NCBI GenBank assembly: GCA_045604325.1
Contig: JAZUNW010000036.1
Location: 2,393-66,392 of the forward strand
Length of the DNA stretch: 64,000 nucleotides
Reading direction: 5' to 3'
DNA from: Faecousia sp.
Lineage (GTDB): Bacteria > Bacillota > Clostridia > Oscillospirales > Oscillospiraceae
A program made the position numbers and the translations under genes. Of the stretch, positions 9,185 through 19,027 are shown in pieces (positions within the stretch are counted from its first letter, which is position 1; each line of letters starts with the position of its first letter). The notes under the pieces are model-generated. The model ran no database searches. It was not told where the DNA came from and saw nothing but the letters and a program-made list of their open reading frames with translations.

Positions 9185-9615
9185 TATTGGTCCTCCTCGT
9201 AAATCTTCCACCCATCAGGGTAGGCATCAGGCGAATAGGTGTTGCCGTTAATCACGGACTCGTACAGGACTCCGTTGTAGTCCACCACATCGCCGGTGTT
9301 GTAGGCGTCATGCGCACCTGTGGGCTGAGACCACACAGGGTATCCCGCATCGTCAAGGCCGATTGCTGTAAACAGTGCAGGGGTCTTGTCCGGTGTCCAG
9401 TCAGCCTGCGACGTGTGGTCCTGCGCCACTTTGTAGAGCTGAGGATCGCCAACGCCGTTGATGCCATAAGTGAGAAAATCACCTGCAGCATAGTCTTTGC
9501 CTGCCGCCCAAGGGTCATAGATCGTTGCGATCTCCATTGCCTTTTCCTCTGGGAGACTGGCGGCAAACATCTGCACAGCCTTTCGGAACTGGTCTGCCTT
9601 CTGTAATTTGTTCAT
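9184..9615 (-). CDS. Phage protein with CBM5/12-like carbohydrate-binding repeats
   Basis: WAAGKDYAAGD, LYKVAQDHTSQADWTPD, AYNTGDVVDYNGVLYES. Confidence 0.75.
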   Translation of the reverse strand: MNKLQKADQFRKAVQMFAASLPEEKAMEIATIYDPWAAGKDYAAGDFLTYGINGVGDPQLYKVAQDHTSQADWTPDKTPALFTAIGLDDAGYPVWSQPTGAHDAYNTGDVVDYNGVLYESVINGNTYSPDAYPDGWKIYEEDQ

Positions 9616-9836
9616 TCCGTCACCCCCAGCAATGCATTTAGGATTTCTTCAGTGGTAGGCTCTGCCTGGGTCTCTTCCTTCGGCAGCGGATCGTGGATGT
9701 ACCCATCATCCACATACCGGTAATCCCCTATATTGCCCTCCGGCAGCACCTCCACCATTACATGGTCCTTTGTCGCAAACTCCGGTTTTGTTGCGTGCAA
9801 AATGCGCCCATCCTGCGCAAGTTTCAATGCATACAT
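9612..9836 (-). CDS. Small tail-associated protein (paralog of 12112-12357)
   Basis: MYALKLAQDGRILHAT...YRYVD..Y..DPLP shared with the paralog. Confidence 0.7.
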   Translation of the reverse strand: MYALKLAQDGRILHATKPEFATKDHVMVEVLPEGNIGDYRYVDDGYIHDPLPKEETQAEPTTEEILNALLGVTE

Positions 9837-9849
9837 TTCCGTTTCCTCC

Positions 9850-11325
9850 TTAAATCTTCAACCCCAATATCTTTATCGGGACTGCTCCATGCGGATCTTC
9901 CACTCCATTCAAATACCCTTCATGGAAGATCATATGGCTGCACCCACCGGGCCTGCTAAACATGCGGTGGGTCTCTAAAAGCTCGTTCCCTTGTGCTGAG
10001 CTCTTCGGAAAATACGCGATACCCTCATTGGCAAACCGGCAAACACACTCCTGCGTATATTCCCATGAGCTGCTATGCCGGAAGACAACAATCCACAAGG
10101 GGTAGTCCGCACCATTCGGCACATCGACTATCTGTTCCATAAATGCTGATATCTGAGACTCGTTGGTCCACAGCACCACCGGAGTAATGACATCCTTTAT
10201 GCTATCAATCTGCTCCTGAACAGGTTTTCCAACACCGGACAGGCAGCTGATATCAGAAACCAACCAATGCGCCTCATCCATCCGGCATGCCACAGTGCTT
10301 TCGCAGTATCCCACAGTTTGTACCCCGTCTGCCGCCTTTGTGACCTCAAAAATCCAATCGCCGCCAGGCAGTTTGATATTTTCGGGGGTTACAGCTGTAA
10401 ACACAGTATTGTTATAAACGGCTACATTGTCGATGTTCATACCGACACCCTTGCCATTTCCGCCATTGCCGTCAAGGTGGCTTATTCCCATATTGACATA
10501 AGACAGGGCATTCTGGCTCACACCCGTAACTGTATCAACCACCAGCGCATTATCGATATACAATTTCCAAGAACGACCGTCGACAACCATCTTTATGTCA
10601 TACCAAACTTTTGGTGTTAATTTTCTAACCTCAAAATTTTGTACCATGAGAGTGTAATCTTTGACTAGAAAGCTGATAGGTCGGTTCCCTGTACCATCTG
10701 TAAACGCCGGAGGATACACACTCCATCCAGTTAAATCCTCATTGTCTATCATGAGGCTATACTTCAGAGAAACATTTTTACCGTAAGCTGCTACTTGTCC
10801 AGCTACAGTGTTCTTTATAAAGCACCAAGAAATGCCGGCATCCTCACTGCCATTTCGCTTAAACTGAAAGTAAGCTTCATGCCCAAGTGTATCGGATTTA
10901 ATAATTTTGCTGTCTTTGGCATACTGCCCCGCTCTGGCCCACCCACTAGGAACATTGGGGTGGCTGGGGCTAAGTGCATCCATTGGGTAAGAGCAGATAG
11001 CCGGGTGTGAAGTGATACTGACAATGCACCGCTCCTGCTTGTTGGGTTGTAAGCGACTTATCACATCTGCCAGAGCATTATCCAGTTCCCTGTAGCTTTC
11101 TGCTTCGTAATAACTGTCGATAGCCGCTGCATTTTCCGCTCGCTCAGCGGCGTCGTCTGCCCTTTCAGCCGCATCCTGCGCCACTGCGACATAGTCCATG
11201 GTTTGGTTGATCCGTGAAACGGCAACACAAAATTCCTGCTCTGTACCTTCATATCCGCCAGCTACAGCGTACTCATATGCAGACTTTCCATCCTTACCTT
11301 TAATGTTTCCAATTTTTACTCTCAC
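9850..11325 (-). CDS. Putative tail fibre / receptor-binding protein
   Basis: GKDGKSAYEYAV..GYEGTEQEF fibre motif, a LamG-like beta-rich middle, and a C-terminal domain shared with 12374-13093. Confidence 0.7.
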   Translation of the reverse strand: MRVKIGNIKGKDGKSAYEYAVAGGYEGTEQEFCVAVSRINQTMDYVAVAQDAAERADDAAERAENAAAIDSYYEAESYRELDNALADVISRLQPNKQERCIVSITSHPAICSYPMDALSPSHPNVPSGWARAGQYAKDSKIIKSDTLGHEAYFQFKRNGSEDAGISWCFIKNTVAGQVAAYGKNVSLKYSLMIDNEDLTGWSVYPPAFTDGTGNRPISFLVKDYTLMVQNFEVRKLTPKVWYDIKMVVDGRSWKLYIDNALVVDTVTGVSQNALSYVNMGISHLDGNGGNGKGVGMNIDNVAVYNNTVFTAVTPENIKLPGGDWIFEVTKAADGVQTVGYCESTVACRMDEAHWLVSDISCLSGVGKPVQEQIDSIKDVITPVVLWTNESQISAFMEQIVDVPNGADYPLWIVVFRHSSSWEYTQECVCRFANEGIAYFPKSSAQGNELLETHRMFSRPGGCSHMIFHEGYLNGVEDPHGAVPIKILGLKI

Positions 11326-11987
11326 GCAACTTCCTCCTGTTCTGTTACATAGTACAAATCTCCGGTGTCTTCATCGTATTCAAGCGGCGGAGCACCACCG
11401 TTTTCTGCTGTATACGCCCAAAGATTGCCATTTTCATCCAAAGATAACGTAAAGAAGCCATCAACCGGTGCCGCAACTCCACTCTCACCCTGCGGGCCTT
11501 GCGGGCCCGTTTCGCCCTTGTCGCCTTTTTCACCTTGCGGACCTTGGGCGCCACGAGGACCAATATCACCCTTCTCTCCTTTTACCTTGCCTGCGTTGAT
11601 TGCAGCCATGATATCGTCATACACAGTAGGTGTCGGATCACGGCCTTCCTCTGCAGCGTCGTTGGCACCAGAGTGAATCATGTCCACCTTTGCCCATACC
11701 GTGGGGATCACGATTGTACCTTTTTCATTTCGTCCTTCGACGCCGATCTCCAGCACTACACCGCCCCGGCCCAGCACCTCATGGGGCACTGTGGTCTGGT
11801 TGGTGCCGACCAGCGCCCGGGACTTCACAGTGCTGCCGCCCCGGAATTTGGCGGTGATATTCAAACCATCCCAGGCAGCATCGAAAGAGAACGCCGCCTC
11901 TGCGCCCACCATGCCGGCAGTCAGCGGACCATCAAACAGCTTGGCATATACGCAGGTGCCCTGCACCGCTACCTCAATCCTTGTCAT
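11322..11987 (-). CDS. BppU-like baseplate/fibre protein with collagen-like repeat
   Basis: FSFDAAWDGL..VPHEVL N-terminal domain and a GxY repeat (GEKGDIGPRGAQGPQGEKGDKG); start at ATG 11987. Confidence 0.75.
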   Translation of the reverse strand: MTRIEVAVQGTCVYAKLFDGPLTAGMVGAEAAFSFDAAWDGLNITAKFRGGSTVKSRALVGTNQTTVPHEVLGRGGVVLEIGVEGRNEKGTIVIPTVWAKVDMIHSGANDAAEEGRDPTPTVYDDIMAAINAGKVKGEKGDIGPRGAQGPQGEKGDKGETGPQGPQGESGVAAPVDGFFTLSLDENGNLWAYTAENGGAPPLEYDEDTGDLYYVTEQEEVA

Positions 11988-12108
11988 AATGCCCCTCCAA
12001 TATTTGCATCGCTTCTTCCTCCGACAGCAGGCCTTTTTCAACAGCGTTTCTTACCATCTGAGCAGACCAAAGGCCCTGCCGATACCACTTCAAGATTTTA
12101 TCTTTCAT
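11974..12108 (-). CDS. XkdX-family small phage protein
   Basis: Not in the ORF track. MKDKILKWYRQGLWSAQMVRNAVEKGLLSEEEAMQILEGHYDKD (44 aa) with GGAGG RBS. Confidence 0.8.
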   Translation of the reverse strand: MKDKILKWYRQGLWSAQMVRNAVEKGLLSEEEAMQILEGHYDKD

Positions 12109-12111
12109 GTT

Positions 12112-12357
12112 TTACACCTCCAAAAGCGTGTCCGTCATCATGGCCGTATAAGTGACCTGTGCCTCAATGACATCGAACTTCGTCGGGACCGGCTCCACCA
12201 CTGGCAGCGGATCGTAAACATACTCCCCATCTACATAGCGGTACTGGGTAATATCTCCATCCGGCATGGTCTCCACGGTCACATAGGACTCGCTTGCAAA
12301 CGGCAGCGCCGTCGCGTACAAGACACGCCCGTCATCAGCCAACTTTAGTGCATGCAT
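12112..12357 (-). CDS. Small tail-associated protein (paralog of 9612-9836)
   Basis: MHALKLADDGRVLYAT...IEAQVTYTAMMTDTLLEV; directly precedes the XkdX-like gene. Confidence 0.7.
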   Translation of the reverse strand: MHALKLADDGRVLYATALPFASESYVTVETMPDGDITQYRYVDGEYVYDPLPVVEPVPTKFDVIEAQVTYTAMMTDTLLEV

Positions 12358-12373
12358 ATATTCGTCCTCCATG

Positions 12374-13093
12374 TTAGATTTTTACACCCCATATATGAGA
12401 CGGAACTGCACCGTGGGGGTTCTCGGCTCCACTTAGATAACCGTTTTCGAAGCGGATAGCGTTACCATCTTCATAACGGACAAACATCCGGTGTGTTTCT
12501 TGCAGGTCATGCGTCTTGATTTCGCCATTTCCCTCGACCACGACTGTGCATGCCGGAAAGTATGCAAACCCCTCGTTGGAAATCCGGCAGATACAATCTT
12601 GGGAGTAGCCCCAAGTGTCACTATGCCGGAATGTAACGATCCATAACGGATAGTCTGCTCCATTCGGTACATCCACCACATTTTTTCCAAAGCTCGATGC
12701 AGGGGACGCATTCACCCACAGCTGCACAGGCGTGATGCCCAAATTCTTGAGCGTCGCCGCCACCGTGCTGGCACCGGTACCGCCCTTTTCGATGCTCAGC
12801 GGCGCCGCAGGATTTTCAAGAGCTTTCAGCCGGTCACCGGTTGCTTTGGCGTCTGCTGCGTAGCCTGCCGTTGTCAGCGTGGCGTCGACACCGATAATAT
12901 CTCCGTTACTCAACGCCCTCTGCAGCAATTGCACAGCAGGAACAAGGGTTCCATTCAAGTAGTTCTTGATGATTACAGATGCCGCGTCAAACTTCTGCTT
13001 CAACTGCTCCTCTGTTAAGCCTTCCTCCAAATTGGGATATGTGCTCAATGCTTGGATGATTTTTACATCATCGGTCAATTCGGGAATTGCCAT
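12374..13093 (-). CDS. Putative tail fibre protein
   Basis: LKQKFD N-terminus, VDATLTTAGYAADAKATG and LSIEKGGTGAST fibre motifs, and a C-terminal domain paralogous to 9850-11325. Confidence 0.7.
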   Translation of the reverse strand: MAIPELTDDVKIIQALSTYPNLEEGLTEEQLKQKFDAASVIIKNYLNGTLVPAVQLLQRALSNGDIIGVDATLTTAGYAADAKATGDRLKALENPAAPLSIEKGGTGASTVAATLKNLGITPVQLWVNASPASSFGKNVVDVPNGADYPLWIVTFRHSDTWGYSQDCICRISNEGFAYFPACTVVVEGNGEIKTHDLQETHRMFVRYEDGNAIRFENGYLSGAENPHGAVPSHIWGVKI

Positions 13094-13096
13094 CGG

Positions 13097-14788
13097 TTAT
13101 ACCCCCTGTCTGTTCAGCGCCCGTTGGAGTTGCCCGTTTCCGGGCCCTCCTTCCACGGGCATGTTTTCAATCGTTTCCTTCGATGTACCGGTGGCACCGC
13201 CCGCCGCAGGTGCAGGCGCAGCCATAGCGTCAATATCCTGGATCAGTTCCTGTTTTTTGCTGATGTATCCGCTGGGTAGGCGCTCCAGATACTGCTTCAG
13301 TGTGATCTGCTTATTTATCAGCAGATTATCCAGTGTCTGCATGTTGGCCATTTCGCTCCAGTAAGAGCTTGCGCCAACATCCTGCTTAATTGCAACGGGG
13401 AAGTTTTTCAGTACTGAGAAATCGAAATCCTCGTGGAAAGGTTGGGGCGGAAGATCCATACCCAAGGGTTGTTCACCGGGCTTATCCATGGGCATACTGA
13501 TCTCGACCCTGCGCACGCCATACTTGACCGCCATCATGTCCAGCCAAATACGGCCCATATCTTCCACGCATTGATACATGTTCTGCTTAGTCATTTCCAT
13601 GGGCGTATTAGCAGCACGCTGCAGGGCAATGATTGCCGAGGTATTATCCGGGCGGCTGTCACCCATGGCAACGTCCGAAGCGCCCAGGAAAGACCGGGTC
13701 TTGTTGATGCACAGTTCCATAAACTGTGCGATCTGCGGATTCACAGTTGCACCGTCGATGGTCTTTGCCACGTTATCCACGTTTCCGTTGACACCCACAG
13801 CAGTGCCCACGCCACCGTTCCATGCACGGATGCGGTTCTTGTCATAGATGACCTTTGGAAAGGCGGTGGTCAGCAGAGAAATGCCCACCATCGCAAACAT
13901 CTTGTTGATGAACTTCTGGTTGGGGATAAGTCCGGTAATCATCGCCTGCCCATGGTAGCAGTCGTGTATGTAATCCCAACTGAGCCAGACAAGCGGATAC
14001 AGAGAATACCCGGTATCATAAGGCTCTCGAAGCATGCCCTTCTCGGTTGCCTCTGCGCACCAAATGGTCCCAGTGTCCCGGTTCTTGTACAAATACGTCA
14101 GCACCGTTACCTTGTCATCCGTGTAGCTGTCGTATTTATTCTGGAATTTCTCGCTGTCTGCAGAGATCTCATCAGCATCTGCCATACCGCAGACACCGGC
14201 CTCTATGTACTTGCCTGCCCGGTACTTAACATCGTCCACCAGCTCCCGGCGGGAAAGGATGATATGTGGCTGTGCCTGTACATCCCGGCAGTTGGGATTG
14301 CCGAAGCCAACACGGGTGTTCTCCAAAATTTCCGCAGCGATCTCACCTTTGACAAGTTGGCCGTTTTCCACCTCCGGGTCGAAATAGAAATACATGCAGC
14401 CATCGCCGTCCACGGCGGCATTGCGCAAAAATTCCCGTAGCCGGGTCACGATGCGGTTGCGCTCGATGATCGCGGCATACTGATGGTTAATGATCTCTGT
14501 GATCTTTTCAATTTCGTCTGTGGTGTAGGCACTGACAGAAGGAAGCGGAGACGCCTGCATCGCCAGATTGTCACTGGTGATGGTGGCAACCTGAAAGAGG
14601 ACAACCTGCTTTAGGAAGTTAAAGGTAGGTGTTGGCAGGCCGTTTGCCTGTACGCCCTCCCATTGCTTGCCAATGAAAAAATCCTCATTGACTTGCACCG
14701 TATCATAAAGGCCGATCTGTTGTTTGAAGTGATAAGCCTTTTCGTATTTCTCGTTGATTTCCTTGGCGGTAGGTGTTTTCATGCTCAT
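13097..14788 (-). CDS. Portal protein (P22-like)
   Basis: 563 aa; FFIGKQW, TFNFLK, LIPNQKFINK and TSAIIALQ segments typical of P22-type portals; located in the head module. Confidence 0.75.
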   Translation of the reverse strand: MSMKTPTAKEINEKYEKAYHFKQQIGLYDTVQVNEDFFIGKQWEGVQANGLPTPTFNFLKQVVLFQVATITSDNLAMQASPLPSVSAYTTDEIEKITEIINHQYAAIIERNRIVTRLREFLRNAAVDGDGCMYFYFDPEVENGQLVKGEIAAEILENTRVGFGNPNCRDVQAQPHIILSRRELVDDVKYRAGKYIEAGVCGMADADEISADSEKFQNKYDSYTDDKVTVLTYLYKNRDTGTIWCAEATEKGMLREPYDTGYSLYPLVWLSWDYIHDCYHGQAMITGLIPNQKFINKMFAMVGISLLTTAFPKVIYDKNRIRAWNGGVGTAVGVNGNVDNVAKTIDGATVNPQIAQFMELCINKTRSFLGASDVAMGDSRPDNTSAIIALQRAANTPMEMTKQNMYQCVEDMGRIWLDMMAVKYGVRRVEISMPMDKPGEQPLGMDLPPQPFHEDFDFSVLKNFPVAIKQDVGASSYWSEMANMQTLDNLLINKQITLKQYLERLPSGYISKKQELIQDIDAMAAPAPAAGGATGTSKETIENMPVEGGPGNGQLQRALNRQGV

Positions 14789-15159
14789 TCACCGACACCT
14801 CCGTTTTCCTTGGCTCTGATCGCCTTCAGCGCATCGAACGGATCATATCCCAAAATCCCGGTAATGCCGGAACTAAAATCGTTGACAGCATCTGCTGCAA
14901 CCTTTGCTTTTTCAAAATCCGGGACAATTCCCTTCTCCAGATCGGAAAGGCGCTTGTCCATACTGCCGGCAAGGCCACTGACGCATGTTTCTGCCGCCTT
15001 GGAAGCTTTATCCACAGCTTCTCTACCAACACTGTCTGCATACTGCATCTGAGCAGCATTCCGCTCTTGACTGAGCTTTCTTTCCCGAAGCGTCAAGATG
15101 GTATCTCCGATCGCAGCCAAAAGCGCAAGGCTGCTCAAAATAATTGCAATAATCGCCAT
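14785..15159 (-). CDS. Hypothetical phage protein with N-terminal TM helix
   Basis: ORF with AGGAGG RBS between capsid and portal. Confidence 0.65.
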   Translation of the reverse strand: MAIIAIILSSLALLAAIGDTILTLRERKLSQERNAAQMQYADSVGREAVDKASKAAETCVSGLAGSMDKRLSDLEKGIVPDFEKAKVAADAVNDFSSGITGILGYDPFDALKAIRAKENGGVGE

Positions 15160-15211
15160 ATTTCCTCCTTGGTAAAATCGAGGGGGAGGGATCGCCTCCC
15201 CCTGTCAGGGT

Positions 15212-16294
15212 TTACTGAGCGGTGTAGTCGTGGGCGGCTACGCCGGAATTGTACATGCCGTCCTTAGCGGCATAGGCCCGCAGCTCGTCACCGTCGGCCA
15301 GAGCCACAGCAGCGGTGTACACCTTGGCATCCACGCTGTAGCGGGGATCAGAGCCGTTGGTGGTGTAGTAGATGGTGGCTTTTTCGGTGGCGCACGCAAT
15401 GGTAGCGTTGGCGCCGCTCATGGTGATGGTGGGGGTCTTCGCCACGGTACCGGGCAGACATGCCACAGCGCAGCCGGCAGCCTTCTTGCCCAACACGAAT
15501 GCGTCGTACATCATGCGGAATTCCAGCAGATCACCGGACAGACCGGGGGGATCTACATGACCCTTGAAGTCGTTGATCTTCATGGGAGAGATCAACGCAC
15601 CCTTATAGGTAATCATGAAGGGCACATCCTTGGGCATGCGGCTGGTAGACATGGGCTTGACAGCCATGTTGTCGAATTCACCAATGCAGCCCTTGGGCAA
15701 GGTCTTTCCGCCCAGACTGTCCAGTGCGGTCCACTCGGTGGAGAGTTTCAGGGTGGGCATGAAATCTCTGCGCACACGCAGCTGCAGCTGATCGGGAACG
15801 CCGGCATCCAGCATCTTGTTATGCAACTCCAGAATCTGGGTCACAATGGTGGACTTGGTGGGAGCTGCTGCCAACTCCTCATGAATGCCGGCATCTTTAG
15901 CCCACTTGCCCAGTCGGTACTTATCCAGCTCGGGAACGATGCGCTCTTCCTTTTCGGCCTTCATGACCTTGCCGACCTTTGCCTTGTCCATGGTCTCCTT
16001 GTTGTTGCCCTTGTCGATGCTTAGGCTCAAAGACTTGTCCTGAGTCATGGTGAAGGTCTGAACCTCGTTGCCCACTTCCTTGGTCTTGCCGTAACGGCTG
16101 CCGGTGCCGACTTCCTTGCTGCGGTCATAGTCCTGCATAGGCTCGGTCTTTAAGCTGGTCACGTGGACCGTCTTAACACCGGAGAATTCCATGTCCAGAT
16201 CATGGCTGAACATGTCGTTGGTCTCGGATGCGGTATTGAAACCGTCCAAAAGACCCTGTGTATATCTTTCGTCGAAATGAATGGTAGTACCCAT
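15212..16294 (-). CDS. Major capsid protein with C-terminal Ig/Fn3-like domain
   Basis: Follows the scaffold; GVKTVHV, TQDK and YDAFVL capsid-like motifs; C-terminal TIYYTTNGSDP domain; strongly biased codon usage; hairpin after the stop. Confidence 0.85.
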   Translation of the reverse strand: MGTTIHFDERYTQGLLDGFNTASETNDMFSHDLDMEFSGVKTVHVTSLKTEPMQDYDRSKEVGTGSRYGKTKEVGNEVQTFTMTQDKSLSLSIDKGNNKETMDKAKVGKVMKAEKEERIVPELDKYRLGKWAKDAGIHEELAAAPTKSTIVTQILELHNKMLDAGVPDQLQLRVRRDFMPTLKLSTEWTALDSLGGKTLPKGCIGEFDNMAVKPMSTSRMPKDVPFMITYKGALISPMKINDFKGHVDPPGLSGDLLEFRMMYDAFVLGKKAAGCAVACLPGTVAKTPTITMSGANATIACATEKATIYYTTNGSDPRYSVDAKVYTAAVALADGDELRAYAAKDGMYNSGVAAHDYTAQ

Positions 16295-16330
16295 AAGTAA
16301 ATTTCCTCCTTTGTATTGGTAGGCGCTGTG

Positions 16331-17234
16331 TTATTTGAACGCCTCCATGAAATCGTCAAATTCGCTCTTTTCGCGACGTCCGCCGGAATCTCGCTGGCTG
16401 CCGGGAGAAGATGCTCGGTTTTCCTTGTTCTTCTTTTCGGCAGCAAGTGCTTTCTCAAGCTCCGCGATCTTAGCATCTTTCTGCGCGGCTTCGTACTTTC
16501 GGTAGGCCGACATCAGAGAGCCGCCGCCCTGAATATCTGCCGCAAGGTTTTTCAGAAGTTCATCTGTCAGCTGTACATCAGGATATTCCTTGCGGAATTC
16601 CTCAAGGTCTCGCTTGGCGCGCTGCTGAGATGTTTCCGCAGGCTGCTCCTGCTGTGCTGGTTGAGCTTTCAGCTGGGCATTTTCCTTTTCTGCTTTCATG
16701 CGAAGCTCCCGCTCGTTGATGGCATCATCAGAAAGGCCCTGCCTGCGCCACATGTTCCGGCGCAGATCTGCAAGCAACTGAGGAATATCCGTGCCTGTCT
16801 CTTTGGCGACCTCGGCGAGCGCCTCCACAGTTTCGCGCTGACTGTCCAGCTGCTGCTGCAGGTTAGAAGCGGTTTCCCGGCTCTGCGCCAGCTGTTCTTT
16901 TACCCGGTCATAGTCGGCACCCTTCTGCGCGAGGTTGATCACTTCCTCGCGGGAATAGGTCTTTTCCTCCTTGTTGACCTTCAAGGTAAATGTTTCACCG
17001 TCAGGCTTTGCCTCCGCTTCAGGGTCGGTTTGGTTGCCGCCCTCCTTGGCCTGATCCTGTTCGGTGCCGTCGGCACTCTCAGCGCCGTCGGTCTCTTGGG
17101 TAGCGGCAATTACTGCGCTGCCGTCGCCAGCAGTGTCCGTATCTACAGTAGTCTCCTGCGCGTCATCGGTCTGGTTGCCGGTGTCGCCGCCGAAGGCTCC
17201 CATAAATTCGTTAAAGTCGGCATCGTGTTCCATT
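16331..17234 (-). CDS. Capsid scaffolding protein
   Basis: Acidic N-terminus, TLKVNKEEK..AQKGADYD motif and coiled coil; directly upstream of the capsid gene. Confidence 0.75.
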
Positions 17235-17303
17235 TGTGTGTTCTCCTTTCGTTTTTGGCTCTGGTAGGCCATATATCCACGGCTATGGTGGGCCGTTGAT
17301 TAC

Positions 17304-18695
17304 TCATGCGTATAGATAGCTTTGGCTTATGCCATTTCCGCACATTGCGGTCTGGTAGTCCACTTCCGTGGTATCTTCGTCCTCCGGATCTTCATCTCGC
17401 AGCGCCTCGGCAGGAAGCACATAGGTTTGAGCGAAATACCGCAGGGCATCCGGGCCGTGGGTGATGTCGTGGGGCTTGTCCATGACATCGTTGGGGTCGT
17501 TCTTGTCATGCTGCAGGCTTTTCACGCAGTCGATCAGTGTGCCGCAGGTATCAAATATCCGCAGGCTCGGCATGCCATCCGGCCGCAGCTTAAACAGTTC
17601 TTTCAGCGCAGCCCATCCTTGCTTTCGGTTGTTGTCCGCTTTCACAAGGCCAACGCCATTCTCAGCAAACATGGCCGCCTGGGTCTTGCCGCTTTCCCGG
17701 TTGCGGCTCCACATATCCGGTGGCGCAATGGAAAAGTAGATGTTTTCGTCCGGCCTCGTCAGCTCCAGCTGCTTAGCAGCAGCATCGGAAACTACCATGT
17801 TGGGCTTTGCAAACTGCCGGTACACATAGCATCGCCCCGTCTCATCCACCGCTACCCAAATGCAGAAAAACATATCAAGGCCGTAGTCAAAGGCCCGGTA
17901 GCGCTGCCAGTGAGGAGGGATGGGGAAAGGCTTGCAGGTATGTACACCGTCGGCAAATTCCTCGAAGTATACACCGGACAAGGCGTTCCAGTCGCCGTAG
18001 CGGTGGGCTCTGCGGATGTCCTCCGGCAAAAGCTCCAGCTGTTTGACATAGTCCGGGTTGGATCGCACCAGGTCCACATTGTCATCCACTGTTGCAGGGA
18101 TGAAAATATAGTCCTTCGGATCTTCATCGTCCTTGAACTGCCGATCAACAAACAGCCGCTTGACCCAGAAATGGCCAACGCCGCCGGGGTTACAGGTCAG
18201 GTAGATCCGCTTGGGTATGTCGTTTGCACCACGCACGCAAGCCGCAAGACCGCGGAACTCGCTCTCGGTAAACTGGGTAGCTTCGTCGATGAACATCCAG
18301 TCGTAACTTTGGCCCTGGTATTTGCCGCCTGTGGCTGCATCATAGTCCGGCATGTTGCCGAATTTGATCTGGCTGCCATTTGTGAAGGTCAGTACGTGGT
18401 CTGTCTTGTTGTACTTAAATGTGCCGGGAGCAAGAATTCCCAGCATGGGTGTGATGATGGGGTTCTCCATCTGGTCGTATTCCCGGCGCAACATGATGAT
18501 CTGAATGCCGGGATAGTTATATGCGCCCATGGCGGCCTTCCGGACAATTGCCCAGCTCTTGCCGCCACCTCGCGCACCGCCGTAACAGGTGTACTTTGCT
18601 GTTGAAAGAAAGAATTTCCATTGCGGCTCGGAATTGGGCGCACCCATGTTGGCTACGATCTCCTGCCGGCCGCTATTTGGTTTTTTGACCGCCAT
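17304..18695 (-). CDS. Terminase large subunit
   Basis: YGGARGGGKS Walker A, FIDEATQ Walker B, TCNPGG, AFDYG and HGPDALRY nuclease motifs. Confidence 0.95.
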   Translation of the reverse strand: MAVKKPNSGRQEIVANMGAPNSEPQWKFFLSTAKYTCYGGARGGGKSWAIVRKAAMGAYNYPGIQIIMLRREYDQMENPIITPMLGILAPGTFKYNKTDHVLTFTNGSQIKFGNMPDYDAATGGKYQGQSYDWMFIDEATQFTESEFRGLAACVRGANDIPKRIYLTCNPGGVGHFWVKRLFVDRQFKDDEDPKDYIFIPATVDDNVDLVRSNPDYVKQLELLPEDIRRAHRYGDWNALSGVYFEEFADGVHTCKPFPIPPHWQRYRAFDYGLDMFFCIWVAVDETGRCYVYRQFAKPNMVVSDAAAKQLELTRPDENIYFSIAPPDMWSRNRESGKTQAAMFAENGVGLVKADNNRKQGWAALKELFKLRPDGMPSLRIFDTCGTLIDCVKSLQHDKNDPNDVMDKPHDITHGPDALRYFAQTYVLPAEALRDEDPEDEDTTEVDYQTAMCGNGISQSYLYA

Positions 18696-18716
18696 AGATG
18701 CTCCTTTCCCCAAAAC

Positions 18717-18759
18717 AAAAAAAGCCGGTGTAACCACCATTTCGGTGATCGCACTGGCT
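18717..18759 (-). terminator. Intrinsic terminator/attenuator directly upstream of terL
   Basis: Minus strand: agccagtgcgatcacc-gaaat-ggtggttacaccggct followed by ttttttt. Confidence 0.65.
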
Positions 18760-18772
18760 CTTGGCTCCGGCG

Positions 18773-18913
18773 TTATTTATCGATTATGTACTCTTTCTTA
18801 CACCAAGGGCAGAAAAGCGGAAACTGCTTTAGCCGTGTTTGCGGCAGCACCTTGGTCTTGGTCTGTTTCCTGCATTTCGGGCAGAGGATAAAGCCCTTTT
18901 CATTTATGAGCAA
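18773..18913 (-). CDS. Cysteine-rich KTR-type zinc-ribbon protein (46 aa)
   Basis: Not in the ORF track. TTG start, MLINEKGFILCPKCRKQTKTKVLPQTRLKQFPLFCPWCKKEYIIDK; the CPxC...FPLFCPxCK pattern matches the Cys_rich_KTR family. Confidence 0.75.
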   Translation of the reverse strand: MLINEKGFILCPKCRKQTKTKVLPQTRLKQFPLFCPWCKKEYIIDK

Positions 18914-19027
18914 TCTCTCGCCCCCTTTTGTGATGCTTCATTATTTTTCCGGGCAGGCTCTTACGAAAGACCCCACCCCTTTTTCCGGTGCCCCTGCCGG
19001 TCTGAAACTTAGGCTACTAATTGTATA

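Noticed and set aside
9850..13093. Tail fibre genes as remote DGR targets
   Set aside because: No CVSPSG/GVRP motif or TR-like sequence seen in their C-termini by eye; a full alignment of TR to the genome would be needed to exclude other VRs
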